Assembly: GCA_945903545.1 (NCBI GenBank) | Contig: CAMDOO010000005.1 | Coordinates: 5,915 to 69,914 of the forward strand | Length of the DNA stretch: 64,000 nucleotides | Direction of reading: 5' to 3' | Source of the DNA: Opitutus sp. GAS368 | GTDB lineage: Bacteria; Verrucomicrobiota; Verrucomicrobiia; Opitutales; Opitutaceae | Notes under the pieces: generated by a model | The model's input: only the letters and a program-made list of their open reading frames with translations | What the model was told of the DNA's origin: nothing | The model's database searches: none | Program-made: the position numbers and the translations under genes | Shown here: positions 1-8,422 of the stretch, one piece after another | Position numbering within the stretch: position 1 is the first letter of the stretch | Layout of the letters: every line of letters begins with the position of its first letter

Positions 1-36
1 GGGGCCCATAGGGTCGGCAACTCTTACCGCTTCACC

Positions 37-660
37 CTACCCAAACAGCAGACCCACCGCGAACGCCAGGAAGACGACCCCGAGCACGCGATCGATCCAA
101 TGGCCGTGCCGCAGATAGCCGCGGCGCACGGATTCACGGGTGAAGAAGAACGCGACGAGCGAAAACCAGGCCATGGTCGTCAGGGACATCCACAGGCCAT
201 AGCCGGCCTGGATGAGCTTCGGCGTCTCCGCGCTCACGGCCACGGGGAACAGCGCGATGAAGAAGAGCGCCGCCTTCGGGTTGAGCGCATTGGTCAGGAA
301 TCCCGCGAGCCAGGCCGCGCGCGGACCGGGCACGGTCGCGCCCCCGAGGAAGGCGGGCCCCGCCACCCGCGCCCGGGAGCGCAGGCCCTCCAGGCCCAGG
401 AATGCGAGATAAGCCGCCCCGATGAACCTCAGCGCGGCGAACGCCTCGGTCGAGCTGCGCAGCAACAACCCGAGACCAAGGCCGCAATAGGTGGCGTGCA
501 GCAGGATCGCCGAGCCGATGCCGATGCTCGTCCAGACTGCGGTGCGCCGCCCATGCGCGAGGCTCTGCCTCAGGACCATCGCAAAATCCGGCCCCGGGCT
601 GGCCACCGCCAGCAGATGGGCCGCGGCGATACCGGCGAATTCGGCAGCGTAAGGGGACAT
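37..660 (-). CDS. LysE/RhtB-family amino-acid exporter
   Basis: ORF 37..735(-). Polytopic hydrophobic protein with 'ASPGPDFAMVLRQSLAHGRR' and 'NALNPKAALFFIALFP' blocks typical of LysE translocators. Start set to the ATG at 660 (MSPYAAEF). Confidence 0.8.
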   Translation of the reverse strand: MSPYAAEFAGIAAAHLLAVASPGPDFAMVLRQSLAHGRRTAVWTSIGIGSAILLHATYCGLGLGLLLRSSTEAFAALRFIGAAYLAFLGLEGLRSRARVAGPAFLGGATVPGPRAAWLAGFLTNALNPKAALFFIALFPVAVSAETPKLIQAGYGLWMSLTTMAWFSLVAFFFTRESVRRGYLRHGHWIDRVLGVVFLAFAVGLLFG

Positions 661-855
661 AACACGCGGAGCGTCAGGCCAAAAACCGCTTACGGGCGAC
701 CGGGACGGTTCGAGCCAGCAGCGGAAGTTTGGCACGCAGTGTTCGCAGAGAACGCGGAGGCCAGACCGGTTCGTCCTCTGCGTCCTTTGCCTGGTCAGCC
801 GCAGGCTTGGCGAAGGCTGACTTCTCTGCGTGAAACCAATCCGGATGCATTGGAA

Positions 856-1446
856 TCACTCCCCGTGCGGCCTCGCCGCGAGGTGGCGCTCGATCCGGCG
901 GTCGGGCACGAGCCAGATCAGCGCCACCAACACATAGAGCGCGTTGGCCAGGGCGGGGCTGAAGAAGGCCAGCGGGATCGCGGTGAGATAGAGCACCGGC
1001 GAGAGTTTGCCCTTCCAGTCCCGCCCCAGGGCCGTGGCCAGCGCGCCGCGGGGTCCCTGCTGGCGCATGATCGTCAGCTGGAGAACATAGTACGCCACGG
1101 CCGCCATGAAGAGCACGACGCCGTAGACCGCGGTCGGCAGCGCCTCGAAGTGGTTCTCCCCCATCCAGCCGGTCGTGAAGGGAAACAACGATAGCCAGAA
1201 CAGCAGGTGCAGGTTGGCCCACAGCATCCCGCCGGTCACGTGTCCGACGCTGTGGAGCATGTGGTGGTGGTTGTTCCAGTAGATCCCCACGTACACGAAG
1301 CTGAGCACATAACTCAGGAACACCGGCAACAGCGGCCGCAGTGTCTCCCCATCGCTGCCATGCGGCACCTTCAGCTCCAGCACCATGATCGTGATGATGA
1401 TCGCCAGCACGCCGTCGCTGAAGGCCTCGAGCCGGTTCTTTTGCAT
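856..1446 (-). CDS. TMEM175/DUF1211-family putative K+ channel
   Basis: ORF 856..1446(-), 196 aa, multi-TM. N-terminal 'RLEAFSDGVLAIIITIMVLEL' is the RxxxFSD signature helix of this family. Confidence 0.75.
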   Translation of the reverse strand: MQKNRLEAFSDGVLAIIITIMVLELKVPHGSDGETLRPLLPVFLSYVLSFVYVGIYWNNHHHMLHSVGHVTGGMLWANLHLLFWLSLFPFTTGWMGENHFEALPTAVYGVVLFMAAVAYYVLQLTIMRQQGPRGALATALGRDWKGKLSPVLYLTAIPLAFFSPALANALYVLVALIWLVPDRRIERHLAARPHGE

Positions 1447-1497
1447 GTGCGGACGATGTGCGGGCTGCCAACGGGCTCAAAAGGAAAATCAATCCTT

Positions 1498-1580
1498 GGT
1501 TCACACCGAGACACAGAGCTCGAGGAGTCCGAACCCAAACCCTCAGGTCTCTGTGCACTCCGTGTCTCTGTGTGCCACTA
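1498..1580. repeat. CACAGAG-type hairpin element (degenerate copy)
   Basis: CACACCGAGACACAGAG ... CTCTGTGCACTCCGTGTCTCTGTGTG. Confidence 0.5.
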
Positions 1581-1749
1581 AGTCGGAAAAACCTCGCCCG
1601 CGAGGATCGTCAGCTCGGGCAAACGCCGGCCCAACCCCTTGGCCGGATCGGAATGCGGGCCCCCTCCACATAGAGGGCCATAATTCGCCCTGGGATTGAC
1701 CTGCTGGTCCCGCCCGACAGTAAAAAGCCGGCGCCCGCCACTCCACCCC

Positions 1750-2949
1750 ATGATCCGCCTGCTTACGTTCGTCCTCGCCCTGTCGGGCGCACTCGGGGCC
1801 GGCCTGCCGGCTGCGGAGGCCGGTGCCACCAGCCGGCCCGACCCAAAGCAGGCCGCGCAGCAGAAGGCCGCGGACAAGGTCTTCGATCTCTCCCGGCTGC
1901 ACGTGATCGACATCGTGATTTCCGAGGAGGGCGTGCGGCACCTGACGGAAATGAGCGACACCCGCTACCGCTGCACCGTCACCTTCGACGGACTCGAGCT
2001 GAAGGATGTCGGCGTGCGCCAGGCGGGCGGCATGTTTCATCCCTACCAGCCGATCACCGGCAAACCGAGCCTCAGCCTGAAGTTCAACGAGTTTGTAAAG
2101 GGCCAGCGGCTCCACGGCCTGGAGAAGCTCGTCCTGAAAAACCAGGCCCAGGACCAGAGCCTGCTCAACGAGCACCTCACCTACGAGATGTTCCGCCGGG
2201 CAGGGGTCCCGGCGGCCCTGACCGCCTACGCCGTGGTGCGGCTCAACGGTCGCCCCGCCGGGATCTACCTCATGCGCGAGCCGGTCGACGACGACTTCAT
2301 GCTGCGGAACTTTGGCGAGGCCAACACGGGCGGAAACCTCTACGAGCTGGAGTTCCACGCCGGCGACTTCGTGCGCAATCCCTGGGGCGTCGACCTCAAG
2401 GACGAGGCCAAGGAGAAGCGGAACCGCGCGGATCTCGTCGCACTCGCCACCGCCACGGCCGGAACCCCCGATGCGGCCTTCGTCCCGAACCTGGCGAAGC
2501 ACCTCGACCTCGATCGCACCGCGACCTACTTCGCGGTGGAGACCCTGACCGGACACTGGGACGGAATCTCCTTCCGCAACAACAACACCTACCTCTACCA
2601 CCTCGCCGGGGCGGACCGCTTTGTGATCATCCCCCACGGGGCCGACCAATCGTTCGGTGGCCGCGGCGGCCGGGGCGGCGGATTCCGGGGCGGCAGCTTC
2701 GGTGGGTTCCCGCCGGAACTGCTCGCGCAGCGCTTCCGGACCGTCCCCGAGCTCGCCGCCAAGTACGAGGCCGAGCTCGCCCGGGCGGGCGGCGCTCCCG
2801 TGTGGGACCAAGCCGCCCTGCTGGCCCGGGTCGAGCAGATCGCGAAGCTCCTCGCCTCCTACGACCGCCCCAACGAGATCGCCTTCGACCTCGCCCGCTT
2901 CACAAGCAACCGCCCGTGGGTCGAGTCCTTCATCCGCAACGGCCAGTGA
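1750..2949 (+). CDS. secreted CotH-family protein
   Basis: ORF 1696..2949(+). Signal peptide from ATG 1750 (MIRLLTFVLALSGALGAG). 'LSLKFNEF..LEKLVLKNQAQDQSLLNEHLTYEMFRRAGVPA..VVRLNGRPAGIYLMREPVDDDF' looks like a CotH domain. Gly/Arg-rich insert GGRGGRGGGFRGGSFGGF. Confidence 0.75.
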   Translation: MIRLLTFVLALSGALGAGLPAAEAGATSRPDPKQAAQQKAADKVFDLSRLHVIDIVISEEGVRHLTEMSDTRYRCTVTFDGLELKDVGVRQAGGMFHPYQPITGKPSLSLKFNEFVKGQRLHGLEKLVLKNQAQDQSLLNEHLTYEMFRRAGVPAALTAYAVVRLNGRPAGIYLMREPVDDDFMLRNFGEANTGGNLYELEFHAGDFVRNPWGVDLKDEAKEKRNRADLVALATATAGTPDAAFVPNLAKHLDLDRTATYFAVETLTGHWDGISFRNNNTYLYHLAGADRFVIIPHGADQSFGGRGGRGGGFRGGSFGGFPPELLAQRFRTVPELAAKYEAELARAGGAPVWDQAALLARVEQIAKLLASYDRPNEIAFDLARFTSNRPWVESFIRNGQ

Positions 2950-3169
2950 CAAACTGGTAGGGCGGTCATTTCGAGGTCGCCGCGGCACTGGCTCACCCAC
3001 GACCTCCCCAACCACCATGGGCTGGGTGCCGGAAGAGCCAGCCATCAACGATCAGCAGCCTGACCCGCTCGGGTCGGACGTCGGGGTCGCCCGGCATCCG
3101 TCCTCCGCGTTCCCTGCGCTCTCTGCGTGCCACCATCCGGTCCGGATATATCCGAGAACGAGAACGATC

Positions 3170-4531
3170 CTAGACCGCGTGCTGATCGATGAAGGCCCGG
3201 ATCGCGGCCGGGGTCGCCTTGATCCGGTGCTTCACCACCGGCAACGGCTTCAGCACCTCCAGGGCCGGGTGCGTGGGCTCCACGCCGGTCGCGGCCCGGA
3301 TCGCGTCCGGGAACTTCGCCGGGTGCGCGGTCGCCAGCACCACGCTGATGCGGTCGGGATTCAGCTCCTTGAAGCCGCAGGCGGTGTGTGGATCCACCAC
3401 ATAGCCGTGCTGGCGGTAAACCCGGCCGATGATGCCCTGGATCTCCGCGTCGGTGCAGCGCGAAGCGCTGAACGTGCCGCGGTCGAATTTCTCGAAACGA
3501 TAGGCACCGGTGGCCTTGAAGGTCTGCATCACTTCGCGCACCCGCGCCGGGTCCCGGCCGAGGCTGTAGTAGAGGAAGCGCTCGAAGTTCGACGACACCT
3601 GGATGTCCATCGACGGCGCGAGGCTCGGGTGCACGTCGCCCACCCGGTACTCCCCGGTCGTGAACAGGCGGTGGAGGATGGCATTCTGGTTGGTCGCGAC
3701 CTTGAAGCCCGCGATCGGCACGCCCATCTGCTGGAGCAGCCAGCCGGCGCAGACGTTGCCGAAGTTGCCGGTCGGCACGACGAACTCGACGTTCGCACGC
3801 TCGGCGGCCGGCAGGCGGAACCAAGCGTAAAGATAATAGACGCACTGCGGCAGCACGCGCGCGATGTTGATCGAGTTGACCGCCGAGAGGTGACGCCGGT
3901 CGCTGAACGTCCGGTCGCCAAAAACCTCCTTCAACGCCGCCTGCGCGTCGTCGAAAGTGCCGTCCACCGCGAGGGCGAAGACATTGTCCGCCCCGGTGCA
4001 GGCCATCTGGCGCTCCTGCAGCGGCGAGACCCGCCCGTCGGGATAAAGGATGAAGATCCTGGTGCCGGGCTTGCCCAGCAGGCCGTGGATCGCGGCCGCG
4101 CCGGTGTCGCCCGAGGTCGCACCCAGGACATTGATGGACTGCCCGCGCACGCGGCACTGGCGCTCGTAGAGGTTGCCCAGCAGCTGCAGGGCGAAATCCT
4201 TGAAGGCCAGCGTGGGTCCATGAAACAGCTCCAGCACATGGGTGCGCGCGTCGAGCCGGCGCAGCGGGGCGATCTCGGGATGCGAGAAGCGCGTGTATGA
4301 CTTCGCCACGATCGCCCGGAGTTCGTCGACCGGGATGTCGGTCGCGAAGATCCGCATGAACTCAAAGCACAGGTCCGCGTAGCCGAGCTTCTCCCAGCGC
4401 GCGAGGTCAGCCGCGCTCAGCGCCGGCAGCGTCTCCGGCAGGAACAGCCCGCCGTCCTGTGCCAGGCCGGTGGCGACGGCATCGGAGAAGCCGAGCGCCG
4501 GGGTTTGTCCGCGGGTGCTGATGTAGCGCAT
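3170..4531 (-). CDS. thrC: threonine synthase
   Basis: 453-aa ORF starting 'MRYISTRGQTPALGFSDAVATGLAQDGGLFLPE', with a PLP-lysine region '..GPTLAFKDFALQLLG'. Canonical long-form ThrC. Confidence 0.95.
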   Translation of the reverse strand: MRYISTRGQTPALGFSDAVATGLAQDGGLFLPETLPALSAADLARWEKLGYADLCFEFMRIFATDIPVDELRAIVAKSYTRFSHPEIAPLRRLDARTHVLELFHGPTLAFKDFALQLLGNLYERQCRVRGQSINVLGATSGDTGAAAIHGLLGKPGTRIFILYPDGRVSPLQERQMACTGADNVFALAVDGTFDDAQAALKEVFGDRTFSDRRHLSAVNSINIARVLPQCVYYLYAWFRLPAAERANVEFVVPTGNFGNVCAGWLLQQMGVPIAGFKVATNQNAILHRLFTTGEYRVGDVHPSLAPSMDIQVSSNFERFLYYSLGRDPARVREVMQTFKATGAYRFEKFDRGTFSASRCTDAEIQGIIGRVYRQHGYVVDPHTACGFKELNPDRISVVLATAHPAKFPDAIRAATGVEPTHPALEVLKPLPVVKHRIKATPAAIRAFIDQHAV

Positions 4532-4539
4532 GGAGGGCA

Positions 4540-4569
4540 GATGTCAGAAGCCAGAGGTCAGTTGTCAGA
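4540..4569. repeat. left 30-bp heptad-periodic inverted-repeat arm of the four-helix-bundle cassette
   Basis: GATGTCAGAAGCCAGAGGTCAGTTGTCAGA. Matches the reverse complement of 4991..5020 at 27/30 positions. Confidence 0.85.
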
Positions 4570-5019
4570 CGCCGGACGCTTCGCGACGAAAGGCGCCGGA
4601 TGGTCAATCATGCTGCCGAGCATGCGGCCAAACTCCGAGAGCTGCGAGCGAAGACGCGCCAGGGTCGCCTGATCAATGCACCCATGGGCCTCGGCGTTGA
4701 TCAGCCAATGCTCCGTCTCGTGCCCTTCGCCATCCGCATCGACCAGTTTGGCCACAAAGGATGCCTCGTAGCGGCGCTTACCCCAACCTTCGGCAATACT
4801 GGCACCCACGGAACGCGAAGCACGGCGGACCTGATCGGTCAGCGCATAGCGCTCTTCCTGAGACCACGATTTCGAAAGCCGAAAAACTTCCTGTGCCACG
4901 GCATGCGCCTTCTGCCAGACGATCAGGTCGGTAAAATGGCGAATCGGCGCCGTCCGTCGGCCGCCACCAGCCGAGGGCTTGATTTCCGCTTCTGACATCT
5001 GACTTCTGGCCTCTGACAT
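4558..5019 (-). CDS. four-helix-bundle protein (formerly '23S rRNA intervening-sequence protein' family)
   Basis: 'FTDLIVWQKAHAVAQEVFRLSKSW..ERYALTDQVRRASRSVGASIAEGWGKR..FVAKLVDADGEGHETEHWL' is the characteristic family pattern. Both ORF termini are encoded inside the flanking inverted repeats. Confidence 0.8.
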   Translation of the reverse strand: MSEARSQMSEAEIKPSAGGGRRTAPIRHFTDLIVWQKAHAVAQEVFRLSKSWSQEERYALTDQVRRASRSVGASIAEGWGKRRYEASFVAKLVDADGEGHETEHWLINAEAHGCIDQATLARLRSQLSEFGRMLGSMIDHPAPFVAKRPASDN

Positions 5020-5020
5020 C
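4991..5020. repeat. right 30-bp inverted-repeat arm of the four-helix-bundle cassette
   Basis: TCTGACATCTGACTTCTGGCCTCTGACATC. Confidence 0.85.
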
Positions 5021-5026
5021 TTCCCC

Positions 5027-6244
5027 TCAGGCCTTCCCCAGCTTGAACGCCGCGTGCGCGACGTTCGCGGCCTCGTCGGCCCGCGCGAGCGCGAGCACGA
5101 CCGAGATCTTGATCTCCGAGGTGCTGATCAGCTCGATGTTGATCCCGGCCGCGGCGAGGGCCGAGAAGAGCGTCGCCGCCACGCCGCTGTGGGTCTTCAT
5201 GCCCACGCCGACGACGGATAGCTTCGCGATCTGGCCCTGCACCTCGACCTGGCCGCCGCCGAGGACGGCGAGGACCGGGGCGAGGACCTTCTCGGCCTTC
5301 TGGGCCTCGGTGGCCGGCACGGTGAACGTGAGGCTCGCCACGCCCTGGTGGCCGACGTTCTGCACGATCATGTCGACGATGATGCTGGCGTCCGCGAGGG
5401 CGCGGAAGACCTTGGCGGCCGTGCCGGGCTTGTCCGGCAGGTGGCTCACGACGACCTTGGCCTGATCCTTGTCGACGGCGACGCCGCGGACGACGACCTG
5501 TTCCATGGAGGCGACTTCTTCTTTCACGATGGTTCCCGGGTTTTGGTTAAAGGAGGAGCGGACTTCGAAAACGACATTGTACTTCTTCGCGAACTCGACG
5601 GAGCGCGACTGCATGACCTTGGAGCCGGAAGAGGCCAGCTCGAGCATCTCGTCATAGGAGATCTCGTTGAGCTTCTGCGCGTCCTGCACGACGCGCGGAT
5701 CGGCGGTGTAGACGCCGTCCACGTCGGTGTAGATCTCGCACTTGTCGGCCTTGATCGCCGCGGCGAGCGCGATGCCGGTGAGGTCGGAGCCACCGCGGCC
5801 GAGCGTGGTGGTCTGGCCCTCGTCGTTGATGCCCTGGAAGCCGGCGACGATCACGACCTTGCCGGCCTTGAGGTCGGCCTCGATCGCGGTGGCGTTGATG
5901 TCGCGGATCCGGGCCTTCGTATGGACGGTGTCGGTGACGATGCCGGCCTGGGCGCCGGTGTAGCTGACGGCATCGACGCCGATCCCGTGCAGGGCCATGG
6001 CGGTGAGCGCGATGGTCTCCTGCTCGCCGACGGCGAGAAGCTGGTCGAGCTCGCGCTCGCTCGGGTGGTCGCAGACGGCCTTCGCGCGGGCGATGAGCTC
6101 GTTGGTCACGCCGGCGCGGGCCGAGACGACGACGACCAGCTGGTTGCCGGCGTCGCGCACGGCCTTGACCCGGCGGGCGACGTTCTTGATGCGTTCGGGG
6201 TCACCGACGGAGGTGCCACCATATTTCTGGACGATACGTGCCAT
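5027..6244 (-). CDS. lysC: aspartate kinase
   Basis: 405 aa. 'MARIVQKYGGTSVGDPERIKNVARRV', 'TLGRGGSDLTG', and C-terminal tandem ACT domains. Confidence 0.95.
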   Translation of the reverse strand: MARIVQKYGGTSVGDPERIKNVARRVKAVRDAGNQLVVVVSARAGVTNELIARAKAVCDHPSERELDQLLAVGEQETIALTAMALHGIGVDAVSYTGAQAGIVTDTVHTKARIRDINATAIEADLKAGKVVIVAGFQGINDEGQTTTLGRGGSDLTGIALAAAIKADKCEIYTDVDGVYTADPRVVQDAQKLNEISYDEMLELASSGSKVMQSRSVEFAKKYNVVFEVRSSFNQNPGTIVKEEVASMEQVVVRGVAVDKDQAKVVVSHLPDKPGTAAKVFRALADASIIVDMIVQNVGHQGVASLTFTVPATEAQKAEKVLAPVLAVLGGGQVEVQGQIAKLSVVGVGMKTHSGVAATLFSALAAAGINIELISTSEIKISVVLALARADEAANVAHAAFKLGKA

Positions 6245-6375
6245 GGACTAAAAGGAGGAGGTTTGCCCGCGAATCTCCGGGAATGAATGCGAATCCCGAC
6301 CAAGCGACCGAGCCTCCGATCCTGTTCCGTCATTCGTGTTCATTCGCGTCATTCGCGGGCGCAAGGCTTGGAGGA

Positions 6376-7680
6376 TTAGGCGGCGAAGTCGGCGATGCGG
6401 AGCAGCACCGGCTGGCCGAGCACGGTGCCGAGCCCGCGGATCCGCGCCACCGTGGCGCGGATCGCCTGCTCGTTGCTGTCGTGCGTGGTGAGGATGAGCG
6501 AAGCGGCGCCCGGGCGGCGCCCGGGGCGTTGCTGGACGTTGGCGATGCTGACGCCCGAGCGGGCGGTGACTCCGGCGATGCGGGCGAGCACGCCGGGCTC
6601 ATCCTTCACTTCCATCCGGATGTAGTAGCGCCCGCGGATCTCCTCGGGCGCCGAGAGCCGGCAGGGCTGGAGCTTGGTCTCGGGCATCGCGAGGTTGCCG
6701 CGGCAGAGCAGCGTCACGGCATCCGCGATATCGCTGATCACGGCACTGGCGGTGGCATCCTGGCCGGCGCCGCGGCCGATGTAGGCGGTCTCGCCCACGA
6801 TGTCGCCCGTGACGGAGATCGCGTTGTAGACCTCGTTGACGTTGCCGATCACATGCGTGCGCGGCACGAGCGTCGGGTGGACGCGGACACAGAGGCCGCC
6901 CTGCGGAAACTCCCGGGTGATGACGGCGAGGAGCTTGATCGCGTAGCCATTCTCCCGGGCGAACGCGATGTCGGCCTGGGAAATCCGGGTGATGCCCTCG
7001 ACGAGCATCTTTTTCACGGGCACCCAGGTGCCGTGGGCGAGGTAAGCGAGGATCGCGGCCTTGTGGGCGGTATCCCAGCCCTCGACATCGAGGCTCTCGT
7101 CAGCCTCCGCATACCCGAGGCGCTTGGCGTCGGCGAGAATCTCGGCGTAGCCGGCGCCCTCGCGCTCCATCCGGGTGAGGATGTAGTTGCAGGTGCCGTT
7201 GAGGATGCCGTGGATCAGGCCGAAGCGGTTCGCGACGAGACCCTCGCGAAGGGCCTTGATGATCGGGATGCCGCCGGCGACCGAGGCCTCGAAGAAGAAG
7301 TGGCCGCCGTGACGTCGGGCCGCGGCGAAGATCTCGGGGCCGTGCGACGACAGCAGGGCCTTGTTGGCGGAGATCACGGTCTTGCCGCGGCGCAGCGCCT
7401 CGAGCGTGACGGTCCGGGCGATGCCGGTGCCGCCGATGAGCTCGCAGACGATGTGGACGTTCGGATCGCGGGCGATCGTGAGCGGATCCGTGGTGAGTCG
7501 GGCGGCCGGCACGCGCACGGCGCGGCGCTTGCGCAGGTCGCGCACGGAGGCCGAGTGCAGCACGAGTTTCACGCCGAGACGCGAACCGAGCGGGGTGCGG
7601 TTGGCGGAGAGATGTTTCCAGACGCCCTGCCCGACCGTGCCGAGGCCGCAGATACCGATGTTGATCACGCGTTGGCTCAT
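6376..7680 (-). CDS. hom: homoserine dehydrogenase
   Basis: 434 aa. N-terminal Rossmann 'INIGICGLGTVGQGV', 'NKALLS', 'LNGTCNYILTRME', and a C-terminal ACT domain. The start overlaps the plsY stop (ATGA). Confidence 0.95.
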   Translation of the reverse strand: MSQRVINIGICGLGTVGQGVWKHLSANRTPLGSRLGVKLVLHSASVRDLRKRRAVRVPAARLTTDPLTIARDPNVHIVCELIGGTGIARTVTLEALRRGKTVISANKALLSSHGPEIFAAARRHGGHFFFEASVAGGIPIIKALREGLVANRFGLIHGILNGTCNYILTRMEREGAGYAEILADAKRLGYAEADESLDVEGWDTAHKAAILAYLAHGTWVPVKKMLVEGITRISQADIAFARENGYAIKLLAVITREFPQGGLCVRVHPTLVPRTHVIGNVNEVYNAISVTGDIVGETAYIGRGAGQDATASAVISDIADAVTLLCRGNLAMPETKLQPCRLSAPEEIRGRYYIRMEVKDEPGVLARIAGVTARSGVSIANVQQRPGRRPGAASLILTTHDSNEQAIRATVARIRGLGTVLGQPVLLRIADFAA

Positions 7681-8327
7681 GATTTCGGGTCAGGCCCCTC
7701 GCGCTTTTGGCCGACCTTCAGCTCGGTGCCGTTGAGGATGCGGGAAATATTTTCCCGGTGGCGCACGATGACAAACAAGGCCACGGCGGCCGACATGCCG
7801 ATGAGGACGAGCGACTGGCCGAGCAGCCAGGCCGAGACCGGCAGGGAGACCGCACCGAGCAGCGAGCCGAGCGAGACGTAGCGGGTGAGCGCGAGGGTCA
7901 CCCCGAAGATCAACAGCGCGATGCCGGCGCCCGGCGGAAATAGCACAATGAAGCCGCCCACGCCGGTCGCGACCCCCTTGCCACCGCGGAAACCGGTGAA
8001 GCAGGAGAAACTGTGGCCGAGCAAGGCCCCGATGAGGCCGGCGATGGCCAGGGTGCCGAACTGGTCAGGACCAAGCCCGGCCGGGCCGTCGGTGGCCAGG
8101 CGCCAGCCGTAGGGGGCGAAGGTGGCGACGGCGCCCTTGGCGGCATCCAGCAGAAGCACGAGGTTGCCCGGCCCGTGGCCGAGGACGCGGCGGACGTTGG
8201 TCGCGCCGGGATTTCGGGAGCCGACCTCGAAGATGTTCACGCCCTTCGCCCGCGCCACGAGGTACCCGAAGGGCAGCGCGCCCAGCAGGTAACCGACGAG
8301 GAGGGTGATGAGGACGGGGATGAACAT
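7677..8327 (-). CDS. plsY: glycerol-3-phosphate acyltransferase PlsY
   Basis: 216 aa, membrane protein. 'LLGALPFGYLVARAKGVNIFEVGSRNPGATNVRRVLG' and 'FRGGKGVATG' motifs. Confidence 0.9.
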   Translation of the reverse strand: MFIPVLITLLVGYLLGALPFGYLVARAKGVNIFEVGSRNPGATNVRRVLGHGPGNLVLLLDAAKGAVATFAPYGWRLATDGPAGLGPDQFGTLAIAGLIGALLGHSFSCFTGFRGGKGVATGVGGFIVLFPPGAGIALLIFGVTLALTRYVSLGSLLGAVSLPVSAWLLGQSLVLIGMSAAVALFVIVRHRENISRILNGTELKVGQKREGPDPKS

Positions 8328-8422
8328 GGATCAGGAAACGAAACCGAGGTCGGGGCGGTTGTCTCAACCGCCCTGGATCGAGGACGCGTAGGGACACGCG
8401 TCCCTACCCTGTGATGACGGAT

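Noticed and set aside
2652-2710. RGG/GGF-rich tract in the secreted CotH-like protein, with GRGG motifs also in the DUF1080 protein (39085, 39370, 40120), as a shared functional motif.
   Set aside because: Short Gly/Arg runs are expected by chance in GC-rich coding sequence. The flanking sequence shows no conserved context.
1543-3048. 501-aa ORF antisense to the CotH-like gene. Similar long antisense ORFs occur at 100..1194, 8459..9985, 12265..14067, 28740..30458, 36222..38267, 38267..40024 and 53903..55894.
   Set aside because: These are typical shadow ORFs of a GC-rich genome. Their translations are low-complexity (R/G/A/P/D/E-rich) with no motifs. The opposite strand in each case encodes a protein with clear family signatures.
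6245-6375. Lysine riboswitch or attenuator upstream of lysC.
   Set aside because: The spacer is occupied by an inverted repeat of the GAATGAATGCGAAT / TCATTCG(N2)TCATTCG type, a member of a REP family seen elsewhere. I could not recognise L-box core helices. A covariance-model scan (Rfam Lysine) would settle it.
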